Source of the DNA: Octopus vulgaris
Lineage: Eukaryota
Length of the DNA stretch: 64,000 nt
Assembly (NCBI GenBank): GCA_951406725.2
Contig: OX597821.1
Location: 70,184,001-70,248,000, forward strand
Reading direction: 5' to 3'
Positions 26,292 through 42,349 of the stretch are shown one piece after another (position 1 is the first letter of the stretch; each line of letters opens with the position of its first letter). Below the pieces are notes generated by a model. The model was not told where the DNA came from and searched no databases. It saw only the letters and a list, made by a program, of their open reading frames with translations. A program made the translations under genes and the position numbers.

Positions 26292-27322
26292 TATAAATGC
26301 ACATATGCACATACATATACCAACATATATGTGTGTGTGTTCATATATATAGAAATATGAAAATATACATGCACACACACACACATATATATACATGTAT
26401 ATTACATATACATCTGCACAAGAGTATACATATAGGTGCACGTGCCTGTATGTGAGTGTGTGTGTGTGTGCGCGCGTGTGCGCTCTGTGCATTCGCATGC
26501 GTGTGCGCGATTGTGTGTACACTTGTAATGTCGCCATTTAATTTTCTAGAACTTATTGTCCGGTTCACTTACTGAAATAGTAGAAATTTCGTTTCATATT
26601 TTGTTGTTAGCAATAATTCTGCGAGTTGTTTTTGTTTGTTGTAGATATGATTGTTGTTCTTATTGTTGTAGTTATGTTACAGAAGAAACTGCTGCTATTT
26701 ATGTTGTTATTGTTTCGTTGCTGTTGTTATTAGCACCCTTTTAAATGGCGTTGGTTCTAGAGATAATGCTGGTGATGGTGACGGTGGTATCGGCAAGATG
26801 GCAGTTGGCGAAGGAAATAGAAAAAAGGCGGGAGCGAAGCTGTTATTGTCGCTTTCTAAACCATCTGTATTGTGCTTCAAAAGGTTTTTATTGCGAAAAA
26901 TGGTAAATTCATGCAAAGTGTCTTCATTGCTAACAAAGAAGTTTTTTAATAGAAATAAAATATTAATAAATAAACCAAAGAACAAATACGGAAATGAATT
27001 CAATAACTAATTTAAAAAAACACACCAAAAAATCTATTTTAAAAAATACAAAAAAAAAAAGCCTATAACATTCTTTTTTAGTCATTGAAATTTCGTTTGT
27101 TTTTGCATTTTGTTTATTTAGTTTATTTTTCTTTTTTCAATTTGGTTTCGTATATAATAAATAAATTTATATATTGAATGTTCTTCTAGTCGTAAATTTT
27201 TTTTTTAAAAAGCCCGTAGAATTAGTAATAATAATAAAAACAACAACAAGGATTGTTATTACTATTATTATTACTCTAATTTATTTGTCCTATTATTGTT
27301 GTTTTTGTTATTATTATTATTA

Positions 27323-27360
<38 letters not shown>

Positions 27361-27395
27361 GCTGTTGTTGTTATTATTATTATTATTATCATTAC

Positions 27396-27452
<57 letters not shown>

Positions 27453-27682
27453 CATTATCATTTTAAAGTGAATGAATAGCAATACAGTTTTGTGATTGTT
27501 GTTGTAGTTGTTATGGTTGTTGTTGTTGTTCGTAAAGGGGATGATTAGAAGTTTTTTAATGTAAAGTTTGGCGCATTTTAGTTTGCGTCTGTTTTTTACC
27601 TCCTGTCTTCTTTACATAGTTTGATGCCTAAGATTATATACGCGCCCTCATTTCTGTCTCCCTTTCTCTCTTCCCTCTTTTC

Positions 27683-27757
<75 letters not shown>

Positions 27758-28329
27758 CTAGCTATCATCTATCTATTCAGTGGCATCTATCTATCATCTA
27801 CCTATCTGTCTCACTCCAGCTAAATATATAGCTACACATACACACACATATATAAATATATACATACATATATGCATATGTATACATATATATATATATA
27901 TACACACACAAACATACATATAAACACACATATGTATATTCAAATACACACATGTATATTGATATATAAAAAGTGCGAGACGAATTGAACAAAATGTGTG
28001 TGTGCGTGCGTGTGTGCGTGTGTGCGTGCGTGCGTGCGAGTACATGTATTGTTTGTTTGTTGGGTGCGCGTGCGTGTACTAGTATGTATCTGTATTTATA
28101 TAAAGGAATTTGAGAGACCAATTAAGAGAAAGATATCTCGGTTTTGCATTCAGATTTTCACAGACAATCTTTAATACTTACGTACTGAATATGCGCGCGC
28201 GCGCGTGTGTATGAGTGTGTGCGTGAGTACATGTATGTGTGTGTGCGTGAAGATGTGTGTTTAAGTCTGTGTGTGTTATTGCAGAAAGCTTTTCTTACTA
28301 TATTGCCACGACATAATTATAGCACGTCT

Positions 28330-28371
<42 letters not shown>

Positions 28372-28451
28372 GGAGTAAACACATAAATGTGAAACAAGGT
28401 GGAAAAAAGAGTACTCAGATACCAGGGGTAGAGTAATATGCTTTATTTCAA

Positions 28452-28489
28452 CTGTCCGACGAACGGGAACGTGAAACTCCGAGTAACAG
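28452..28489 (+). ncRNA. Minimal hammerhead ribozyme (CCGACGA core)
   Basis: ctgt-CCGACGA-acg/ggaa/cgt-GAAA-ctccgag-TA-acag, in a 150-bp insert between (TA)n tracts. Confidence 0.75.
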
Positions 28490-28521
28490 GTTTTGTTGAG
28501 TTTCTGCTGCTTTTATATAAA

Positions 28522-28561
<40 letters not shown>

Positions 28562-28704
28562 CAATTAAAAATGAGGGTGTCTAAGAGACACCAACATGCC
28601 GAAATAGCAGTCGAAACTCTGACTATAAAAACCACGTTAAGTGTTCGTATCGCACCATGAGATAAGACAGAGGGACAAAATATACAAGCAAAAATTATTG
28701 AATA

Positions 28705-28763
28705 ATTCAAGATCCAGGATTTCTGGTTTTGCTTTAAATAAGCTTTACCGTCATCGGTTGAAT
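28705..28763 (-). ncRNA. Minimal hammerhead ribozyme (CCGAUGA core)
   Basis: Minus strand: attcaa-CCGATGA-cggt...acca-GAAA-tcctgga-TC-ttgaat. Confidence 0.7.
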
Positions 28764-28879
28764 ATATCAAGAGTACATAAATACAGATATATATATGCAG
28801 AACAAACGATATACTTACATATACGAACGTCCATACATAAATACATATGCACGTATTTAATGTAAAGCTGGTCACAATG

Positions 28880-29107
28880 CGTTCGCATTTTTAGCCTTCG
28901 AATGACGCCAACCCGCTGGCTAAGCGAGCAGGCCAACAGAAGAAAGAGTGGTGAAAGAGTACAGCAGGGATCCCCCCCCTGCCAGAGCCTCGTTGAGCTT
29001 TTAGGTGTTTTCGCTCAATAAACACTCACAACACCCGGTCTGGGAATCGAAACCGCGATCCTACGACCGCGAGTCCGCTGCCCTAACCACTGGGCCATTG
29101 CGCCTCC
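28880..29107 (-). mobile_element. tRNA-derived SINE, same family as 33363
   Basis: Head ggaggcgcaatggcccagtggttagggcagcggactcgcgg...ggtttcgattccc with A and B boxes. Confidence 0.85.
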
Positions 29108-29111
29108 ACAT

Positions 29112-29207
<96 letters not shown>

Positions 29208-30449
29208 AATAATATATATAGATACATATATATATATTGCATACATATATGCATATATGTATACATATGTGTTTTTGCGTATGTATGTATGTATGTGTGT
29301 ATGTACATCAGTCGATTTATAGATTGAATGTGTACTCCACACACAGTCATGCATGTGTTACACTTCTTATACTAAAACTATGTCTAACAAAACTCTGCCT
29401 TTTAAACTTTGGTAACTCCATTTTAAACGCTGCATGTCCATTTTACACCGTGTCTGATATTATAACTTTAATTATTATTATTTTCTTTGTTAAGAAAGTC
29501 TATTTTGAACTGAAAATTATCTGCTTTTGCTCTAATTTTGCACAACAAGTCGTAGCGAATTGCTAAACTTGGGCGATTGTTCCAAAGCTAGAAAACATTT
29601 TTCCCTATTGCTGTCAAGATGAAGAACATCGATGAGTTCTATAAAAGATTTTGCTGTTCTTCGTATATTCTCTTGCCTACGACAATCACCGGTTTTCGAT
29701 GAAAGGGGTCCCAATGCAAATACTTATATACATAAGCACCTTCCATTTCTTTAAAATTAACGAGAAGGTAAGAATTATAGCAGTGCTTGTGCCCGACATG
29801 CCGGTTCACAGGATGCCATCAGAATACATGGATAGGAGGCCTAAAAGGTTCATCGACGTTGATTTGTGAGCGTGGCTTTGAGTCATCTTTGGGACACAAT
29901 GCAAGCAGCAGACGGTCTTCGCAGGGATCTGCAACAATATGAAATCCTTTCGGATGGCCATGGACATTTAGGTCTTGATGACGTCCGGGTATCACAAGTG
30001 TTCAAAGTGTGTATGTGTGTGTGTGTGTATGAGTTGAGTAGCGTTGTGTGTCTGTGGCGCATGTGGATTGTGTGTGTGTGTGTGTTGTGTAGTAAATGGA
30101 AGAGTGTTAGCATATATGTTATCGGTGCTGTCAATGGAATATTTAAGTACGTATGTCTATGATTTTATACGGTGTGTGTGTGTGTTTGTGTATGTGTGTT
30201 TAAGTGTCGACATGTATGTGTAGTATGTGGTCTGAGAATCTGTCTTGTTGCGCGTAGATATGATGTGTGTATGTGGTGAATGAAGACACGATGGTGGTGT
30301 GTGTATGTTTGTTAGTAATGGAAGAGCTTGGTGTGTTTATATATGTATAACATTTATTGCTGTAGATGTGTATGTGTGTGTGTGTGAGTGTGTGTATGTG
30401 TGTGTGTGTGTGAGTGTGTGTATGTGTGTGAGTCAACATATGTAACTGA

Positions 30450-32030
30450 AGGAAGGCAACCTGCTTGTTTAGCTCAATCCGTTACAATGCGAAAAATATG
30501 ATGGTATTTGCATTGTAAAGAAGATACTGGAGAACCATGGAAGAGGACAATACCAGGCGACAGACGCCGCAGGGAAGAATGGTCAGGTGAGGGGGAAAGC
30601 GGACTGCAGGGAAGAAGAAGGAGAGGAATTGGTCGCTAGACCAATCAGGTATTCTCCAACCGAACTCTTCTACATACAGCTGACCTCATAATCAGTATTT
30701 CTTGTTATGAATGAACTTCTTGGAGATGCAGGTGAGTCAGTTCATGACGTAGGACAATTGTAAGACATTATAAGCGTAATTATGTTAAGAATGTTTGTCA
30801 GGAATCCTCAGAATCGCCTTTAAATGGGATTCTGGTCTTTTACAGAGTTCAAGGCCAGCAATTTCTAACGCGAAGGAATCAGTCGATTACATCGATCCAA
30901 TTGCTTGATTGATATTTTATGTTATCGACCCCGAAATCATGAAAGTACTTTGAACTCGCAGCCTAAAGAATCGGACGAAATGCAGCTAAGCACTTTGTCC
31001 GATGTATTAGCTATTCTAAAAGGTCGCCGCCTTAGTGTTTGGAATGAAAGCACAAATATGCTACATGAAACAGAAACCGGTGATGAATGTGGTTTGATTA
31101 TGTCCAGAGGTGAGTTTGGCCCCGTCAATCATGTAGAATCGGCTACATTTAAAGCCGAATATGAAGTGTTCGGTTCTGTGGGTGCCGATGGGATCAATAT
31201 GGCAGGTGTAGATGTGGGTGGCATCCAGAGCTATACTGCGATAGCCATTATGCAGGAATTAATAGTCCGTATGTTCACACGGGGTTTCAAGTGATGTGTG
31301 ACAGGTGGTGAGGGGAAGACGTTTGATGTGGGTGAAGTTGAATGGGGGGAGGTGAGCTTATTATGTATTTGTTGTTGATAGGGATGATGATAACAAGCTT
31401 AGGGTGGTCAGTGGAAGCAGAGATGTCCAGGAAGTTCTTTAAGATGTGGAGTGGTAGATGTGAATACCAAAAAACGGTGGAAAGAATTATTGTCACGAAA
31501 AACGAACCAGTCGTGGGTGAGTGAGATGTCAATACAATCCTACAATAAGTTATCGTATACATTTGGGATGGGACTAGTGAACTGAGAGAAGATCTGGGCA
31601 TCAACATGATCAGTTTACAGGTCAACGTATTTAGGGACTATTTGGTTCCCAAAGCCATTCCCATTGCTCTATCGCTGAGAAATGGGAAGCAGTTGAGGAT
31701 AAAGACGAGTTCGGTGAAATGGAGGAAAGTGAAGATACAAGATGGTTTAAAGGCGAGGAACTTATCGTTATGGGAAATGAAATTGAAAAAGGAGTTGACC
31801 CCGTCTACGGTGAACAAGTATTGGGAGGAAAGCCAGAAGCTAAACACGTGGTTGGACGGAGGAGGGAAAAGTATCAACTGAAGGAGGAATAAATTTTGTC
31901 AAGGTACAAATGGAAATAACGGGTGATAAGCCGTCTGTGGCTAAGATGGGTTTGAGGAGTTTGTAGGGAACAAGTAATAGACCAGTTGATGTAGGAAATG
32001 TGTAGACGCTGCAACTGATGGAAATGGTGA
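30450..32030 (-). mobile_element. Highly decayed PLE RT region, interrupted by a SINE remnant (about 30870-31035)
   Basis: YLFTVDGVNSFFNFISHND resembles DV.SLY..I.H; ELVFILNCFPF...MGMALGTK resembles N.F.F...G.AMG; PCGVC linker remnant near 30560. Confidence 0.55.
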
Positions 32031-32094
32031 GAGACATGCATGTATATACATAATGCACTAGACACACATATACATACATGCAATACACACAAAC

Positions 32095-32145
<51 letters not shown>

Positions 32146-32303
32146 ATTGTGTGTACATGTGTGTGTACATATATGCGTGTGTGTGTGTATGTATGTATTC
32201 GCAATAATTTTAATTTCCGTATTTACTAAAATTGATTTCATTTTAATATAATTTCTCAAATGTATGTGTGATGCGTATGTATATGTACATACACACATTC
32301 ACG

Positions 32304-32365
<62 letters not shown>

Positions 32366-32372
32366 CTCTCTA

Positions 32373-32418
<46 letters not shown>

Positions 32419-32487
32419 ACACACATACACATGTGTATATAAACATGGCGAATACATTTGATATCAAAGAATTTTTCAAAACCGTTT

Positions 32488-32534
<47 letters not shown>

Positions 32535-33306
32535 GAAGCGTACGTAGCCATACTTTTCCTTCCTATTTCTCCCCTGCCGCACAACCAGCCCCAGCTACTC
32601 GGCTCCTTTACTATATTCTCGCCTGTTTCACTAAGTATCGGTATCTTTAAACACAAGTGAAAACAAGTGAACAACAAGGCCCGTTTATCACGCATCAACG
32701 CTGCCCTGTTTAACCGCAAGATATACTTTGGTAAGTGAAAATCTACTGTGCGGAATGGAAACTTCTATCGCTCGATTCCGTTGTCTGATTAATGAACGTA
32801 GGAAAGTATAAAATTGGGACAATATTATGGAGTCTGTTCTTCAAAGACAAGCGTTAATTTTCCAAACGCCTATCAGAGAAAAAAAGCAAAAATATAAAGT
32901 AAAATTTGCTAAGAAAATAAGTATTTCATGATAAATAATACCTAAAAGGCGTGGATAATAAACAAAGAAGTTAGCGATCGTAATGGAAAAAATAATGATA
33001 ATGCTGTGTGTGTGTGTGTGTGTGTCTGTGTGTGTGTGTGTATTTGGTGTGTGTGTGTGGTGTGTGTGTGTGTGTGTATATATGTAACGGTCACTGTTGT
33101 TGCACGTATGTGCAGACATTTCGATGTATTTATGTGGATGTTTGTTTGAGTGTGCTTATGTTTGTGTGGGTGTGTGTTTTGCGAAATGTGTGTGTGTGCG
33201 CGCGCGCGCGTGGATGCAAGTCAGTGTGAGTAAATTATAGGTGTAGTTTTACTACTACTCCTAGCACCACCATTACTACTATTCCTATCACCGCCACTAC
33301 TACTAT

Positions 33307-33348
<42 letters not shown>

Positions 33349-33362
33349 CAGCAGCAACAGCA

Positions 33363-33670
33363 GGAGGCGCAATGGCCCAGTGGTTAGGGCAGCGGACTCG
33401 CGGTCAGAGGATCGCGGTTTCGATTCCCAGACCGGGCGTTGTGTGTGTTTATTGAAAGAAAACACCTAAAGCTCCATGAGGCTCCGGCAGGGGGTGGTGG
33501 CGACCCCTGTTGTACTCTTTCGCTTCAACTTTCTTTCACTCTTTCTTCCTGTTTCTTGTCCCCGACTTCCTACGCAACCGCTGAGCCTGAATTCACATTC
33601 ATCCATCCGTCGATGCTCTCGGTGTCGGGGGTTGACGTTCTTTCTCTTCTGCGGGTCTTACGAATAGCAA
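33363..33670 (+). mobile_element. tRNA-derived SINE
   Basis: A-box tggcccagtgg and B-box ggtttcgattccc; matches 28880-29107. Confidence 0.85.
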
Positions 33671-33793
33671 AGGGTGGGTGTTACTGTAGCTTTTAGCCCC
33701 AGGAGGTCATCGTCTCCACCTGGCTTTGGGCACACTTTCTGTACCCTTATGGTATTTGCAAACGGTTTCCCTTTATCGAAAACCGGTGATTGC

Positions 33794-33837
33794 CGTACGC
33801 GAAGACAGGCAAATACCTAGAAACTGCAGTCCGTGCA
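33794..33837 (+). ncRNA. HHR of unit 1 (1-nt core deletion)
   Basis: cgtacg-CGAAGA-cagg/caaata/ccta-GAAA-ctgcag-TC-cgtgc. Confidence 0.55.
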
Positions 33838-34146
33838 TATCACTTAGGTTGACGAGAGAGGGATGAATTCCCTTTGCAAATACCATAAGGGCACAGAAGG
33901 TGTGCCTAAAGCCAGCTGGAGACGATGATCTCCTGTGGTTAAAAGCTACAGTAACACCCACCCTTAGTGGTTAGCCATATTGAGATGGCTAGTATACTTT
34001 ACGTTGTCGTGCAGTTACTCTTTACATCTCGTTCAGAGATTTATTATTGCTTGCAGACAGTTTTTCGAAATCAGTGACGAAAGTTACTGGAAAAACAATA
34101 AATACGTATTTGCAAACGGTCTCCCTTATCGAAAACCGGTGATTGC

Positions 34147-34191
34147 CGTACGTCGAAGACAGGCAAATACCTAGAAACTGCAGTCCGTGCG
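34147..34191 (+). ncRNA. Minimal HHR of unit 2 (UCGAAGA core)
   Basis: cgtacg-TCGAAGA-cagg/caaata/ccta-GAAA-ctgcag-TC-cgtgcg. Confidence 0.75.
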
Positions 34192-34500
34192 TATCACTTA
34201 GGTTGACGAGAGAGGGATAACTTCCCTTTGCAAATACCATAAGGGCACAGAAAGTGTGCCTAAAGCCAGCTGGAGACGATGATCTCCTTGGGCTAAAAGC
34301 TACAGTAACACCCATCCTTAGTGGTTAGCCATATTGAGATGGCAAGTATACTTTACGTTGTCGTGCAATTACTGTTTACATCTCGTTCAGAGATTTATTA
34401 TTGCTTGCAGACAGTTTTTCGAAATCAGTGACGAAAGTTACTGGAAAAACAATAAATACGTATTTGCAAACGGTCTCCCTTATCGAAAACCGGTGATTGC

Positions 34501-34545
34501 CGTACGTCGAAGACAGGCAAATACCTAGAAACTGCAGTCCGTGCG
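34501..34545 (+). ncRNA. Minimal HHR of unit 3
   Basis: Identical to 34147-34191, exactly 354 bp downstream. Confidence 0.75.
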
Positions 34546-34783
34546 TATCACTGAGGTTGACGAGGGAGGGAGGACCTCCCTTTGCAAATACCATAAGAGC
34601 ACAGAAAGTGTGTCTAAAGCCAGCTGGAGACGATGATCTCCTGTGGTTAAAAGCTACAGTAACACACACCCTTAGTGGTTAGCCATATTGAGATGGCTAG
34701 TATACTTTACGTTGTCGTGCAGTTACTTTTTACATCTCGTTCAGAGATTTATTATTGCTATATATATATATATATATATATAT

Positions 34784-34912
34784 ACGTCATCTGTTCAAAA
34801 GACATCTGACAAACGGTCTTCTTCTTAGCTTCAAAAATGGTGAGATAAATTATTATTTCGACCAAGAAACCCTGGGTAGTTGGGTTTATCAGGATTTGTG
34901 GTTTTTATAATA

Positions 34913-34953
<41 letters not shown>

Positions 34954-34973
34954 ATTTGTGGTTTTTATATATA

Positions 34974-35017
<44 letters not shown>

Positions 35018-35146
35018 TATTATAAAAACCACAAATCCTGATAAACCCAACTACCCAGGGTTTCTTGGTCGAAATAATAATTTATCTCACCATTTTTGAA
35101 GCTAAGAAGAAGACCGTTTGTTAGATGTCTTTTGAACAGATGACGT
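34784..35146. repeat. ~130-bp inverted repeat around (TA)n tracts
   Basis: 34784-34915 versus 35013-35146, near-identical; a short third piece lies at 34951-34975. Confidence 0.9.
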
Positions 35147-35931
35147 TTAAACAAAAAGACACGGCTAAGGAAGAATACAAGAAGAAAATCACAAGGGAGA
35201 TAACCAACGCCACTATACTTCGGTGTCAAGCAGACGTAAACAAGGTGTTAATGGTTTCCTAAATGTCCGGTGATCCACTTTTAAATTCCGACGCGATGTT
35301 TCTCTTGAAATGCGCACTGCAGAAAACCTCATTGCCGGAATTTATGTATTATTATTTCGACCAGGAAATCTTGTCTAGCTCTGTATAAAGAGATTTGTGC
35401 TTTTTTGTATAACATTATCGTTTGATATTATAACATCATCACCCTTACATTCTTAGCTGATCGTGCGAAAAACTGGCAGAATTTTGTTTATTACTTAATT
35501 ATGGCACCAAAATAAATTATTTATAAAACTTACATCAAAACTTTATTGAAAGTTTCTAATATGATCCCTGTTTGTATCCCTGCAAATTTCAATCCTATCT
35601 TTAGCGTTGCGAAACACATTTTGAAGCATATCAGGAGTTATCTCCTACACTGCTAACCGAATGTATTTTTTTAAGTTCAAATAAAATATTGCTTCATCTT
35701 GGGAATAGATGAAGAGAAAATGATTGCAACCAAATTGAAAAAAGCTGTCGTTGACAAAGGAGCAGGATCCAACAGGAATGAAAATAAAATTATAAAAAAG
35801 AATTAAAAAATTATAAGCAATATTAAATATTTATACACTTTTTAACACATAAACATTATAAACATAAGCAAAAGTAAACTTTTATAAAAGTTGTCCGATT
35901 TCACTGAAATATTTAATTCTGGGATACCTTG

Positions 35932-36009
<78 letters not shown>

Positions 36010-36094
36010 TGTAAGTATGTATATGTATGTAGTGTACTAATAATTTCAACAAATCCATCATTCATTTTATATGCTCAGATCCACTTCAAATAAG

Positions 36095-36147
<53 letters not shown>

Positions 36148-36424
36148 AGATAGACAAAGACAGAGACAAAGAGGGACGGTATGAGGGAGGGGAACTCTTA
36201 CTTCTTAGAATCCTCCGTCTTATTCTGGGTTTGTCTGTGTGTCTCTCCCCAATCTCGCTCTCACATACACCTTCTCTCTCTCTTTCGCTCTTTCTTTCTC
36301 TCTTTCGTGCGCGCTCTCTCTCTCTCTCTCTCTCTGTCTCACACACACACATTCTCTCGCTTTCACTCTCTCACTCTCTCACACACACCCTCTCTCTATT
36401 TCGCTCTTTCTCTTTCTCTCTCTT

Positions 36425-36463
<39 letters not shown>

Positions 36464-37269
36464 CTAGTTACGGCTCAGAGCTAGCTTTGTTCTTTCTTTT
36501 CACGTTCTCATTTCGTCGTAAACAAAATCATCTTGGGACAATTTTTTTTTGTCAATGACACTTAAGAAAATACATGTTTTGAAATTTTTTAATGAACTTA
36601 AAGACCTCTTTGAAATTTTGAATTAAATTTATTGCAAATGTTTACATTTATAAAAATATCCACAAAGAACAGTCCAACCATGTTTAAATTAAAAATAACA
36701 AGAAACAAAGTTTGATGACCCGTTCTTTGTCTGTTGGTTGCCTGTCTGGTGGATTGGTCGTTTTTTTTCAAAAGTATGGTGTCGCGGGCAAAACATTATA
36801 GAAATGAAATCCTCCAACACCGAAATTAAATAACAGTAAAATTATAAATTCCTCAAGGAATTTTTTTTAACATTAATATTGAATACTACAAGACATGGAC
36901 AAAAAAAAAAACTAACTTTACACTAAAATTACAAACTGTAGTCAAAGAATGCATTGAAGCGTTAAAATATGAATATATTCATGTTTTGACTCTCACGTCA
37001 TTGAAATGTAAATTTTTAAACAACATTATTTTAAATAATCAATGAAATAAAGAAAATGTTTTTTCGGAGAATTATGCAAAAAGTTAAATCGTTCTACAAA
37101 AAGTGAAAAAATAATACACGGGAAAAATAATAAAAGTTCCGGCTAAAATAATTATATTTTCAAGGATGGGGGTGAGTGTGTGACAGTGAAATGAGGGGAC
37201 AATGAGATGCCTACGAAATGCCTATGAATAATTACAAAACTAAATACGTATATGGGAAACAAAGAGAGA

Positions 37270-40326
<3,057 letters not shown>

Positions 40327-40429
40327 TACAAAAGGGGAGGTAATTCGAGGCACTCCTATTAAACAGTCAGCAAGACGACGATTCGAAGAGATGCTAACGA
40401 ACATATTGACTTAAAAAGTATCTCACATA

Positions 40430-40950
40430 CATTGAACTTTAGAAAAAAATCGGACAAAAATCTTAGAAGTTCTTTCCCTATTTTTTTCTCATTAATCAAG
40501 CAAAGAAGACAGCTTCCCCTCCATCTAATGGTTTATAATAAAAGAGCTTGTGTGGTGGATGGAGTGAAAATGTGTGAGGATAGAGGCTTTCCTCTTTGTA
40601 AGAGAATTAATCAATTTTTTAAAATTTCCTCTTGAAAAGGCAAACGAAGGCGGAGGAGCTGCTATCTTCGCGTAAACTTATTGAAAACTGGGTGAGAATG
40701 ATGAAAATAGAACTCGAATATTTGCTACTATCATGACCTTAACCTGTAATCGATGGCCCTCCTATAACTGATGGAAGTTCTTCTGAATCAAGGGGATTTG
40801 CATCGCCATTTTTCATTGTTTGTATACTTGTATTTCATGTTTTCATTTTTACTTTCTGCATTAGCGTCCTCTAGGTAAACCCTTACATTTCATGTGTGTC
40901 TTTGCGATCTTCCCCCACAACCGTTGTCTTGGTCGCAAATAAAAGACATC
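40430..40950 (+). mobile_element. Decayed Tx1/L1-like 3' end followed by (CAT)n
   Basis: KELVWW...LINFFK..LKRQTKAE...NWVRM resembles ORF 59315-59632; AATAAA then (CAT)n. Confidence 0.6.
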
Positions 40951-41285
40951 ATCATCGTCATCATCATCAGCCGTTGTCATCGTCGTCGTCATCATTGACG
41001 TTGTTACTGATTATAAAGACGAACGGCGCCACATATACATCCGACATGCAACTAATATGAAACAAGGAAGAAGCCATAGCATTTCAGTAAAGAAAGCCGT
41101 CTAATGCACATTTAATCAACTGTTATTTTGCCAGGTCCCATCAAGCTGTAAGACAAACATGTCTATTCTATATTCATAAACAAATGTTATATTCAATAAT
41201 ACAGCAGGAAAAAAAAATAACAAGGAAACACACACAACACAGCTTTCTTACTTAAACTACATACATACACAAACACACAAGCACA

Positions 41286-41338
<53 letters not shown>

Positions 41339-41556
41339 ACACGCGCGCACATACACACACACTCTCACACACACATATCTGCGGGAGTTAAGTGGGAAAG
41401 CAAATTAAAAATCAACGTAATGCTCTTCACAAGATGTATGAGCATATGTATATACGTTTACATGTATGTGTCTATTTATATGTGTATGTGTGTGAGTGTG
41501 TCTGTATGTGTGTGTGTATTATGTATGTATGTGTATGTATGTATGTGTGTGACATG

Positions 41557-41604
<48 letters not shown>

Positions 41605-42013
41605 TGTATGTATGTATGTATGTATGTATATATGTATGTATGTATGTATGCATGTATGTATGTATGTATGTATGTATGTATGCATGTATGTATGTATGTA
41701 TGTATGTATGTATGTATGTATGTATGTATGTATGTACGTATGTATGTATGTATGTATGTATGTATGAACATGTAGATGAATACGTACATACATATAATGC
41801 TTCGGCATGAACATTGTTGAGAGTAATTTCGAAATTTCGGTCTGTTTTGCCGAATTTGGACGGTTCGATGGAGGTTAAGTCTGATGAAAACTTCGAAGTC
41901 ACAATCAAATTTATTGTTGCTTAAAGAATAATATAGTCTATCAAAAGTTTTTTTGAGTAATATTCCAGCTGATTTTCAAGTGGTTTTTATTATAATACGA
42001 CATAAAAATAAGC

Positions 42014-42097
<84 letters not shown>

Positions 42098-42349
42098 AAC
42101 AAACACAAACACACACACACATGCACGCACGCACATACACATGTATATACATATCTACATATAATCTTTTCTACTCTAGACAAAAAGGCCTGCATTTTTG
42201 GGGGAGGTGGCCAGACGATTAGATCGACCCCAGTACGTAACTGATACTTAATTTATCGACCCCGAAAGGTTGAAAGACTAAGTCGACCTCGGCGTGACTT
42301 CAACGTAAAGACGGATGAAACGCCGCTAAGCACTTTGTTCGGCGTTTCT

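Larger units (their letters stand above)
33672..34758 (+). mobile_element. Tandem array (about 2.8 x 354 bp) of an HHR-containing unit with a 5' inversion; retrozyme-like
   Basis: gtatttgcaaacggt at 33752, 34106 and 34460. 33672-33762 is an inverted piece of the unit. Ends in (TA)n. Confidence 0.9.

Noticed and set aside
33363-33435. tRNA gene (also 29035-29107 and 7775-7840)
   Set aside because: The tRNA-like head continues into a shared SINE body and there is no proper acceptor stem.
33980-34669. Repeated 64-aa and 97-aa ORFs
   Set aside because: By-products of the 354-bp tandem unit with no recognisable domain.
35033-35090. HHR in the 34784-35146 inverted repeat
   Set aside because: ctgataa and gaaa are present, but stems I and III do not pair convincingly.
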